Below are positions 25,601 to 36,759 of a stretch of DNA of 64,000 nt, piece by piece. Position numbers and translations under genes: made by a program. Source of the DNA: Lingula anatina (Eukaryota; Animalia; Brachiopoda); NCBI GenBank assembly GCA_051362555.1, contig CM120642.1, forward strand, positions 23,994,001 to 24,058,000. Direction: 5' to 3'. Under the pieces are notes generated by a model. That model did no database searches, was not told the DNA's origin, and saw only the letters and a program-made list of their open reading frames with translations. Position 1 is the first letter of the stretch. Each line of letters starts with the position of its first letter.

Positions 25601-28600
25601 AGGCATACGAGAAATACCTTGATTTTTCAGCAAAACCAACTTTTTCCTAATGATGGTTAACCAAGTTCTGGTAGTTCTGTGGTCACTGAACCTAACATTA
25701 CCAACTTATATCTTATTCCGTCTGCAAGAGGGGACTTTAGGGGTGGTCCAAGGTTTTAAGAAAACATGGGACAATATCCCACAAAACAGAATTGTTATCC
25801 GTGTTGAAGGCAGCAGCGCCGTCTACATGAGATAATTATAATACGCGGTAAACACACACGCCAAAAACACGTGACCTTTAACTAGCACACCCTACTGCTA
25901 AATGTGTGTAAATTTGGTGACATTTGGTGGTGTCTTTTCAATTTAATGGGCATTTCTTTACCTCTGTGGAAATGAAAATTGTGCATCGGATTTGAGGGGG
26001 TACATGTGATAAATGTGAATAAATGGTATTAAATATAGATATCTTCACCGCTAGTTTGTATTTTCTGCACCACTTATCATGTTAGTTATGGTATCTGAAA
26101 TGAAATTCATCATTCATGGCAATTAACTCCTGTGATGTGATCATTTATAAAGAAAAGCACATGAAACTGGGGGTGGGACAACCTTTTTGACCAATGTTGT
26201 ATAGCCTTCTCTATTATGTATGAGATGTACGTGTTTTATATTCACCGATCCCTGAATACTTTTTCACAAAGGTCTCCAAAAACATATAAATTAGGAGAAT
26301 TCGGTACGTCCTTTTTTTTATTAAAGTGTGTATCATTTTTTTATTTACATTTACGAGGTGAACTTGAAATGTACTGCTTCATAAATGGGAAATATATTTA
26401 TATAATTATAGGTGAAAGACGGAAAGGGTGTCTTCGTGTTTTTTCCTATTATTCCAACTGCTCTGGGCAAATTTGACATCATTATAAAAGCGAACTCGGA
26501 GGCTGGTATTGATGGCTTGAAGAAGCAGTTGCTTGTCGAGGTATAGTTGGGTACGGTCTTTGATGATATCGAAGGCCAATGGTTCAGAGCTGTACAATGC
26601 ACAGTTCATTTCATTATTATATACCTTCTTTATCACTTATGTCATCTTCACATTGCTTTTATAACAAAATATTGATGAAATGCACAAAACATTGGTAAGC
26701 GGAACATACAGTATATTGTCTCATCAATTTTGACTTCAGTCGACAGCTTTGTTGCACCTTAAGCTTTTCTTGTATTTTCACACCTTCTTTCTGATGTCCC
26801 CTCATTAGCTTTTGTATTTTGTTTAAACAAGGCCGAGGGCGTCCGCCAAGAATACACACAAGCTGAGGTGATCGACCTGACTAGCACGTCAACATATAGT
26901 AAAACGTTCCAAATTGATTTACCGTCCACCTCCGTGCAGGGTTCCTCCTACATCACTGCTACTGTCACAGGTGTGTAATTTAAAAGACAAAAAGGATGCA
27001 ATTTGCATAGAATGTAAAGTGTTATTTTTGTGGCGTTCTGGAAAATATTTGAATTTGCTGGGATGAAAATATAAAGCGGGGATGTGTTATTCCTTATGAT
27101 TACAATTATAAATGGGTGATAAAAGTAACGTGCATTTTGAGTAGAAAATAGGACCTAAAATTTACATGCAACTCTTGCTAAACAAAACAATTAAGAAAAT
27201 TCGCCTACCGGCCATGCGATCAATATTTCTGCTCTTATGTTTGCATTGATATTTTTTCAGATGATGTAATGGGACCCTCTATAAACAACATCGACGGCTT
27301 GTTGAATATACCGCTTGGTAATGCAGAACAAAACTTGATGCACATTGCTACTCCAGTTTTCTTATTAAACTATCTTGCTGAAACGGACCAGTTCGACAGA
27401 GAGGTCAGGGATAAAGTCATTGACCACTTAAAAAAAGGTACTGCACCCAAAACCAAGCCTATGCGTTATAGTTGTTTGTGTTTCATAAGTAAATTAAAAC
27501 CTTTGCCCAACTGATAAATTTGTAAGTCACTTGTCAGAAGATAAATCCCCTTTCGCATTTACTAAAAAAGCTGATGGTTTTCAAATATCAGAGTACATAT
27601 ATTTCAAATGGCTTGTCTTTAACAAATGGTGAATTAAAAAAATGCTGTCTGGCTTTACTTGAATTATATCATTGTTGTGACTGAAAGAAATGATGTTAAA
27701 CGGCAATGATTTCATATGCTCTCTCTTAAATTAGTGCCTTTATTGTGTTTGTTGTTACTTATAATATTGCTCGTTTAAAAACAGACATGTTGAAATGATC
27801 GGCTCTCCAGTTTGTACTACAATACACATGCAGAGAGAAATCAGCACTCGACACTTCTCAACACATCATTTGACAGAAACAGAACTTATATATGAAAAGT
27901 TATGTGTAAAGCACACAATTCTTTCTGTGAAATTTAAGTAAAGTTAAACACTGCTGAGCCGGCTGTACATGTAAATTAGAGTGCCTACGGGTCTACTGAG
28001 GGTATACATTATATTAACCAACACTAAAATTCAATGTAACCAGGGTAACTCGTTATACACAGGGTATTGTTGGGATTAAACGAAACTGGGAAACCCAAAA
28101 TAACCAACTTTATTGAATTTTTCTACAGGATACCAAAATGTACTTGTCTACCAGCACGCGGACGGCTCGTTCAGTTCATTTGGAAAAAGTGACCCTTCCG
28201 GAAGCATGTGGTAAGTCATTTGTGTGTTTCTCCGTGGACGTGTCGTTTTATCAAACTTAGACCCATGGAATTACTAAAGGGGGCCAGAGAGCAAGCACAA
28301 AGTTAGTAAAATTTGCCTCGCTTCAATCGAAAATGTCCATATAAAGTAGAGCGTGGTAGTTTTTTTATAAATGTAATATGCAGGGCACATGGAGAAAATA
28401 TTTGTTTGATTATGTCACGTCTCGATTGTCACATTATTTTAAGTGGTGGAGGTGAGGGAACGGAGGAACAATGGGTACGTTCTAAGTCATAGTGGGTGGG
28501 CGGTACACGTGTCCACTATGTCCCACAACAGGTATGTCCCTTCCCCTGCCTAATACAGTATTATTCATCATTCACGTTCTGTTGTAATTATGGTTGCCTG

Positions 28601-31600
28601 TGTATCTAAGCTTGTTTGCACCTGCATGTGTACATGTTTACATATCTTGCAAAACCGTGGTTTGGACAGTATATTGCAGTGAATAGTCGACAGCAGTAAA
28701 TGTAGCTTTGTACTTACAAGAGTACGGATGGGGATAATTGGTAAAAGTGAAACTTATAATGATATGTAACAAGAATTTGTAAGTTTTCCTCATGCTTTAG
28801 TGTGATAAAAGTAGTGAGAGGATTTTTAACATGACCATTTCAGGGCTACTGCATTCGTAACAAAGTCCTTGTTACAGGCAGGTTACCATATCGAGATCGA
28901 TGATGAGGTTATCACTAAGGCCATCAACTGGATAATTGGCCGACAGAACGCAGATGGCTCTTTTCCTGAGCCTGGGAGTTTGGTCCATAAGGCAATGCAG
29001 GTAGTCAATTCTGCAAATATTAAAATATACAGAAGTAGAGAATCCATTTCATGTAAAAGTCAAGATGGACAACGGTTTTTGAATTAATTGTTTTGGGCCT
29101 TTGTAGACTTGGTGCAAAAGGGGCGCTAAAGTGTATTTTGCCACAGATTAATTGACCATGGTTCACTATCTCAAATCCGTTGCCCTCTTTGAAATAAACA
29201 TAGAATAGACCAATAACATCGAATGGATTTTTGAATATTTTAAGTTTTTTTTTCGTTCATATTCCATAATTTCAATTTGATATTTTCTTTTAAATCAATA
29301 TTTTAATAAGGTGAATATATCTTTTTAAATTCTGGTGATGTTTTTGAGCACGTATTGTCCAAGTTATATTCAAGTTATATGCCATACCTGTACGCTGTTG
29401 TTGCAGGCTGGTTTAGCGTCAGCTGTATCCCTGACTGCCTATGTGGCTGTAACTTTACTGGAACATAAAGATTTGGTAAGTACTATATCATGTATTGAAA
29501 AACATATTCTTTTAGTATATCAAATGTAATGTTTTATCTTCTGGATATTATCTGATAAATCTTGTTAATTTACATATTTTTCTACATGTTTTGTAAAGAT
29601 TTCCACTAGTAATATTCTTTCAAATAAAAATGCAGACTTAACTGAAATGGAAAAATATTGTAGGGAATATTCACAAGATATTAACATTAGGAAGACACCA
29701 GTTTTTTAGACAGAAAAAATTATGGAATGATACGAAACTTAAACAAACTTAATCTATAGGAACGAACTTGATCTATGGGCAACTTTAACCGAAAAAAAAC
29801 ATTTTACCAACTAATGCATTTCTCGCCATTTCAGTCTACCAAAGATAATATACAGAACGCCATACAGAATGCCGTCCATTACTTGGAGAACCGTACTGCG
29901 TCCGTATCCAACCCTTACAGTTTGGCTATTTCATCTTATGCTCTGCAAAAAGCCATAAGTTACGAAGCAGCTGTGGCTTTTGATCGTCTCAAAGCTCTGA
30001 TACCGAATTTACTCAGAGGTAAGTGTGCCTTATTATTTTTTATAACTGTCAAAATACAATCATCAAGTCAAAATCAGCATGAAATGAAGTTTTCCGCTTT
30101 GAATTCATGAGTTTTGAGGGTTTCTGATTTACCTATCAGCATCCGAGGACCGTGCAAAGACAATTTTCGACAGCGTAAGATATTGAAACGTGTAAACGAC
30201 ACCTAAACCAACCAATAATGCGAATGGTTTATTTAGTGCTATAGCCAGACCAAGCAATTGAATTAAATACAATGTGAGGGTAAATACTGCACATGTACAG
30301 CTGTACAGATGGCTATTGAAATGGGTAGCACATGCCCGACTAATAACGCATTAAAGTAAATCTATCCATGCCTTCATAATATTAATCGATGAACCAGTCA
30401 ATCTTCTTCAGGTAACGTAACTACACATAATTAATAATTTGTTACGTTTTTCCCCATTTTAATAAGAGAGTCTTTCTGTTTTTTTCGCTTTCAATGTATT
30501 ACTGTCCGTATTACTGCTGTTCATCAATGTTTTGGGCAAATTTTAAAGTTAAACATGAACACTAAGTTTTTACGAACTTTATAAAGTTAAATAAAAAAAA
30601 TAGCCATTCATCTTTCGAGAGGCAATCTGTCACGTCGAGGTCTTCTTGATATGGGGAAAGAACTTCAGCTAGAGAGCAGCTTTCCCCGCCTGCACTGATA
30701 CTTCTTTGTGTCTCAATTCCGGAACCAACTTCTTTGCCACAGACTCAGATTCCTGGTTCAGAATTGCAAATACAGCTGTCCACTTACTGAAATAATCACT
30801 CACCACCATAACAGATCGATTGATTACATTTGTTACATGAAAGGGGCCTTTAATGCCTATCCCAATCCTCTCCATTACTGCACTGCTTCTTTGTAGGATT
30901 CCTTGCAGCACCACATGCATCACATTGCCGTACCCAACGAATGATTTGTGTGTCCATGCCTGACCAGTGACATCCTTCCTTAAGAGCCAAGACTGTACAG
31001 TGTGCTCCAAAGTGTCCTCCTGTTCTCAACAAAAAGTGCCGACCGTATAAATAGTGACGAAACAACTTGGTGAATGTCACAACAGATAAGAGTTCTTTGC
31101 TAGTAACACAATATTTTCTTTCTGACTTGCTAAGAGTTCTACTAGAATATGCGGTAACTCTTTCTTCTCCATCCTGAATTTAAGAGAGCAGCTCCAATGC
31201 AGGTATTGCTGGCATCTGTGTCCAACACACAGGCGTATAGGTCAGCAACCGTTTTAACTGAAAGAACGCATCTTCACAGGAAGATGCCCAACAAAATGCT
31301 TGTACCTTTTCAGTCAATTTATTCAAACAGCTTACTGCCTCGTAAAAATTTCCAATGGACCTTCGGTAGTAGGAACACAATCCTATAAAACTTCTAAGTT
31401 CATGCACATCTTTTGGAACTGGCCAAGACAACACGGTTTCCACTTTCCTAGGACCTATTTCAACTCCACTTATTGAAATGAAAATACATCTTGGTATCTG
31501 GAGAGCAAACCTGCTACTTGTTAACACTGTCCCTCATCCAGATGCTCCACACTCTCTAAGTATACGTCAAGGGGGAAAATGTAACATCATTAGAAGCATT

Positions 31601-34514
31601 AAAACACTGAGCTACGTTTTCAACAGACTGAATCTGGAATTGCTTGAAAACTGCAGCATGTGTCCTTTTATAGATGACATGTGATTCAGACTCGACATCC
31701 ATTATTCTGAAAGGTATTTCTCATTATTGGGAGTCACTAAAGATTCCCCCAGCAACACATCATGCTTACTTTGAAATTGTGCCAAGGGCTGCACCATACC
31801 CCATAAAGGAGACTTTCTTTTTGATAAAAGTGTAGCAGAAATGATCACTTCATGTCCGCGAGGGGAATGGTGACCGTTTTTACAACTGAGGCTCTGCAAC
31901 AGCATAACTCATCTTCCTCTTCCCTAGCTACAGTATCTTTACCATTCGTTGTCAAAGTACCCATTGAAACATATAACACAGCATCATTTGCACGAAAGAA
32001 ATCTATCCCCAGTATCGCATCAACTGAAGTATCAGCGACAACCATCCGTGTAAGGATACTTTGATTCTTTAAACTGACTGGAAAAACTTCTCTCTCATGT
32101 AAAATCAACTTGGTGCCATCTGCTTGGTAAAGGTTTTTACCATCAACTCTAAACTCAGGTTTCTTGGCTTCCAGTATTTAATCAAACAGTTTGGAATTGA
32201 GAATGTAACATTAGAGGTAGAATCCACAAAAAAATAACTGGAACATCGTGGACGGAGCCGGAACTTTGTCCTGTGAGATTCATAATGATTGGGTCTGGAT
32301 TTCTGCTCAGCATCCAAAAAACCACCCACTTATCCGGTTACTAGCATTTCCCGCATGCTTGGGTTTTGAATTTGGACAATCACGTATGAGATGCCTTTCT
32401 TTCCTACAACCATAACACTTGGACCTTTTCTTCTGTGCCATTTCATTTTTTTTTATTTGGAAGATGGTTGATTGGATATCAACTAATTGCTCACAAATGT
32501 CCTTATACTTATCTGGATGTTCATCAAGACTTTGGGGATATCTTGACCCCCTGTCGTGTGAATCAGATGACTGTATTACCTCAATTTCTAGGGCATAGTT
32601 TACAGCATCATCCAAAGTCTTTGGTTACATTACACGGATCTTCATGCACATGCTACTGTCATGCAATGTCTCAATGAATTGATTACGAGCCATCATACAG
32701 GTATCAACAACATCCTGACCCATGTTTCCTTATGATCTGTAAGAAAGCCTTTTGTATTGGCTGTGCTAGTTCTGGTAGACTCTCTCTTAGTCGGCGTACA
32801 TGCTCGCGTAATTCTGCCTATGAAGTTCTGCCTTTTTTCCTGGATGAAAGCGCTAACTGAGGGCAGCTACTAAAAAGTGTAATTCTGTCTTGATGAGGCT
32901 GGTAGATCAACAAGAACCACGTAATTGCGCTGCAAGAAACACCGCCTTCTGGGAATTGTTCCATCCATTCAATCTTGCAACCATATCAAAATGAACCTGA
33001 TAATTCAACCACGATGTGAAACCATCATACTGATCAGATAAAACAGCAGGCTTAACTTGCATCGAATCCACTCTTGGAACACCATAATCCAGCTTGGTAT
33101 CAATCTGCTGTGGAAAATCTCTCTGTCCATGAACCATAACACCAGGAGTGTAACCGACAGGCTTATTTATGACCGGTGGCCTCTGCTGGAAAGGCATTTG
33201 ACAAGGATAGAATTGCTCCTGAGGAATGGTGCAAATGGTTTATTCAGTGCTATAGCAAGACCTAGCCACTGAGTCTATTTTAATGTGAGAGTAAATACTT
33301 CATATGTACAGCTGAACAAATGGGTAGCACATGACCGACTTAGGGCGCATTCCCATAGATTTTAGATCGATCTATCCCCGTGGGGAGTCTCGATCACTGG
33401 ATTACTGTTAGATAATCCGGCTTAAATGTCCGTCCCGCCTGTAAGGGGGTAATTAATTTCCGTGCGCGGTCGGCTGACTGCAATTTAGCGTGAACCCCCA
33501 GGGAGTTAGGTCGATCTAGTAAGATCGATCTAAATCTTTGGAAATGCCCTCTTATAACGCAATTAAGCAAGTAAATCTATTCAAGCATTCATAATATTAA
33601 TCCCTGAATCAGACAGTCTTCTTCAGGGAATATAACTACACATTATGGTTAATGATTTGTTACAGTATGGTACGTTTGTACTTCACAAGGTGCTTCCGAG
33701 CCAGAGGGTGGGTATCGCAACACATATGAGATGCAGGCCAATGCTATCAATGTGGAGATTATTTCTTACGCTCTCCTTGCGTATGCTGAGAAGTCGGACA
33801 TGCAAGGAGGAATACCTCTGATGAAATGGCTGATTTCCCAGCGTAATACCTGCGGAGGGTTCTCTTCAACTGCGGTACGTAAGTTACCTAATTTATCCCA
33901 CTGAATATACGCGGACAGCTCGCTTTGACAAAGACAATTTAATCGATTTTTTACCTTTGATCATACAGGGGTCTCTTCTCAGTAAAGGCAGGTATTTTTT
34001 ATTATCCAACGGCAGGCGCATGGGGATCCATCTTCAAGTATAATAAGTCAACAGTTGTTCCAGTGTGGGACATCCGAGTATCGGTCCATAGTCATGACTA
34101 GTTGTGCAGTTCATCAACTTCGGGATGAGGGTTTTCCGAAACAATATTTAGATATCCACTTTTTTATATTTCATCTATTTTACTGTTTCTTATTGTCTTG
34201 CAGGCCACGGTGGTGGCTCTACAGGCGCTGTCTGTGTTTACTGTAGATATCTACACGGGCTCTAGGCCGGACATGCAGGTCACCATTGACGCCGAGGGAA
34301 GTTCCAATCAAGTGACCCTTAGGGGGGATAATACCATCGTCCTACAGGTGTGAATATCATTATTAAACAAAGGTCTTTATGTCTGGTTTCATTTTTATAG
34401 TCCCCTAAGTCTTTTTTGCTTTTACATAACATTTAAATAGATATATTATGAATTTTTTTAAGTTATATTTCAGATACAAACATGATGCCTTTGGTAGTTT
34501 TACTATTGCGCATT

Positions 34515-34602
<88 letters not shown>

Positions 34603-36759
34603 AGTGTGTGTATCATAGTTTTTAATCCGCACCAGTTTTACTTTTAAAGCTCCCAGATGCTTCCAAGCAAGTGACAGTTTCGGCAACTGGCAGTGGAAGT
34701 GCGCTTTTCCAGGTAAGACACCCGGGCGGGATATATAAATACAAATAAGACAACAAGACAATACATTAGAAAATAATATAGGCAGTATTTTTGTAAATGA
34801 GTAGTTCATAATACATTCTTTTTCATCATAAAATATCCAACGATACCCCAGTTTATCTTGTAGGTGTCCGTGTCATACAGCACAAAAACAGTGGAGCAGG
34901 ACGCATCGTTTGCTGTTGAAGCGTCTCAGGTGGAGCATGAATTGGGGAACTTGGTGACGGTCCAGATCTGCTCAAAGTACGCAACCCACAGAAAAGGAAA
35001 AAAAAAATCCTGTGTCCATGATGCACGATAATTAAAATACCCATAGTGTCTAGAAGAGAAACCCACAGAAGGGCTATATTGTTCATTAAGCGTGTGCAAC
35101 AGCATTTTATTGATTTTATAATATTGGGAGGACAAATGAGGGAAAATAGCTATGCAAACTGTGTTAAGATACCAAGTGGGATTACTTTTATTTTTAATTC
35201 ATTTCAGTGTTGTTCCATGCTTTGTTAAGAACGTACTTTGTGACTGTTGTAACGAACAGCTCAGTGCATTTATAAGTGCACTTTTTGCGGACCAATAAGT
35301 GTAAAAAGCCATTAGACGAAAAAGTTGACTGTGCATAGCAGGCTTTGATTTAAGCAGTATGTATAGCTTAGCCAAAGATCCCTCTGCTTTTTGTGAAACA
35401 AGCCCAATGAGATTGAAATTAACCCGACTAGCAATGACGCTGTTGCTCAGCTTATCAAAAACCACTGACGATTGTGTTTTAAACTCACTTAACGTATTCA
35501 GTGTATATTTTTATTCAGGTGGTTGGAGAACAGCCCAGCAAGCGGCATGGCGGTGCTAGAGATCGGAATACCTAGTGGATTTGAGGCTGATCTGGAGAGC
35601 ATTTCATATCTTTCGCCACTGAGGAAGACGGAGAAAGCGTACAGGAAGATAGTGCTTTATTTTGATGAGGTACGAATTCCATCAGGACAATAATGACTCC
35701 CCAAGAATAAACCTGTAAATTATTTCTTGATACACATGACACCGTAGTAAGGATTGGTAGAGAGAAATTAGCCTCCTGTTTTTGGCATTTTTAGTCATCA
35801 CTTTAAGATCTTAAAAAAAAAAAACGGTGTATAAATTTAGATCGTGATTTTGAGAGCTTTTTAGGTATGAAGTGCAGTCTTAACTGGTAAATAAAGGTTA
35901 AGTCAAACTTATTAGAAATATTATTTTTGCAATGCTATCTTATTTAAAGATCTAACGCTTGCTGTGGGCCTTTAATAATATATTACTTTTCAATTATGTC
36001 TTCCAGATCAGCGCTACAAAAACCTGCATTACATTTAATGTGCAGCGTGTCACACTGGTAGCTGAATCCAAACAACTAGCTGTTAGGCTCTATGATTACT
36101 TCTCCCCAGGTATTTCTTCTGTCACTATCATTGCCTAAGATCTTATTGTACCACCAGCGTAGGCGGTTTTAGTCCCGACCAGTCTCGTCCGCCGTACCCG
36201 CCCCCATGTCACCGTTGCCGCTTCTCCTCCTAGACTACAAGAGCCTGCACACCAATCTCTTGTTACTCATTAGTTATATCATCTTTATTTAGTTCAAAAT
36301 TTTTAATTGCATACTAAATGTATACTCACATCTATTCTTTTAAATGAAATTCTTTACACCCCATTTCCATAGATTAGATCGACCTACTTGAGATCGACCT
36401 AACTCCCTGGGGGTTTACGCTAAATACAATGTAGCTGTCAGCCGGGCGGACACGAAAGTTAATTACCCCCTTACAGCTTTTAGTAGGCGGGACGGACATT
36501 TAAGTCGGATTATCTGAAAGTAATCTAGTGAGACTCCCCGCGGGGATAGATCGATCTAAAATCTATGGGAATAGAGCCTTAGATACATTAGATTCTAACA
36601 TGCTTACAACGTTAAGACTTAAAAGGAAACAAAATTAAATTTTCTCTATTCATTTGATCGTTTACAGAAAAGCAAGTGACCGCTTTCTTTGGGTTATATA
36701 TTTTGCAAATCACTACGGTCTGTGATGTCTGTCGGGAAAGGTGCTCACTCTGCCGGAAG
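11930..36759 (+). CDS. TEP/CD109-like alpha-2-macroglobulin family protein, copy 2, ~1390 aa, thioester motif lost (GNAEQ)
   Basis: Coding exons: 11930-11988, 12199-12353, 12660-12685, 12924-13077, 13269-13339, 13595-13720, 14651-14690, 15838-15922, 16391-16475, 17820-18047, 18286-18534, 19900-19998, 20174-20236, 21152-21337, 21615-21767, 22115-22234, 22713-22773, 23277-23376, 23626-23737, 24140-24253, 24552-24653, 26412-26540, 26832-26970, 27261-27437, 28129-28210, 28844-29000, 29407-29475, 29835-30018, 33690-33874, 34204-34347, 34650-34712, 34864-34976, 35519-35669, 36007-36109, 36668-36759+. Total 4176 nt, phases consistent, no stop codons. Signal peptide MLRIILCIALCLTLAIA; motifs [56 protein letters not shown]. 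Terminal exon/stop uncertain. A probable non-coding exon ends at 11822. Confidence 0.9.
14153..14592. mobile_element. TTAA-flanked MITE (Kolobok-like), same family as 8799-9429, opposite orientation
   Basis: TIRs TTAAAGGGATAACAACT / AGTTGTTATCCCTTTAA; internal palindrome at 14479-14573. Confidence 0.75.
15295..15518. mobile_element. Palindromic MITE with ~75-bp TIRs, nested in an older inverted-repeat element
   Basis: GGCTTCGTTCACATGAAAAATCTATTTTCT... / ...AGAAAATAGATTTTTCATGTGAACGAAGTC, flanked by TTA and TAA. Outer inverted repeat at ~15076-15091 / ~15528-15543. Confidence 0.8.
16740..17560 (-). mobile_element. Degenerate RTE-clade LINE reverse transcriptase fragment in an intron
   Basis: ORF fragments PHLFNLYSESIMR, NVSNLRY-DIVLIA (YADD box damaged) and FIYLGAIFT..EIKRRI..AK...LTKVW...ISLNTKKRLLNSVVF; several frameshifts. 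Confidence 0.85.
19605..19659. repeat. (TA)n microsatellite
   Basis: Direct reading. Confidence 0.95.
24726..26205 (-). mobile_element. Tc1-like element with ~450-bp TIRs and a decayed transposase core
   Basis: 24726-~25177 is the reverse complement of ~25755-26205 (GCTATACAACATTGGTCAAAAAGG... / ...CCTTTTTGACCAATGTTGTATAGC). The minus strand of the centre gives remnants GNALAHSSR (cf. DNAPAH) and PDINHSKHLWHEIK (cf. SPDLNPIEHLW). Confidence 0.8.
30184..33664 (-). mobile_element. Degenerate Ty3/Gypsy LTR retrotransposon in the intron after coding exon 28 of TEP copy 2
   Basis: LTRs at ~30184-30446 and ~33226-33664 (TG...CA on the minus strand); purine tract next to the 3' LTR. Gag zinc knuckle CYGCRKERHLIRDC; protease VDAILGIDF; RT-RNase H WPVPKDVHELRSFIGLCSYYRR and FRHYLYGRHF; integrase GGHFG...VRQCDAC. 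Order PR-RT-RH-IN; many stops and deletions. Absent from the homologous intron of copy 1. Confidence 0.9.
33343..33551. mobile_element. PIF/Harbinger-type MITE inserted in the Gypsy 5' LTR
   Basis: TTA duplicated on both sides; imperfect TIRs; absent from the other LTR; a second copy lies inverted at 36357-36578. Confidence 0.8.
34516..34600. repeat. Compound (CT)n(CA)n microsatellite
   Basis: Direct reading; a shorter version is at 2710-2762 in copy 1. Confidence 0.95.
36357..36578. mobile_element. PIF/Harbinger-type MITE, same family as 33343-33551
   Basis: TTA target duplication; the empty site GAAATTCTTTAGATA is visible in copy 1 at ~4195-4209. Confidence 0.85.
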
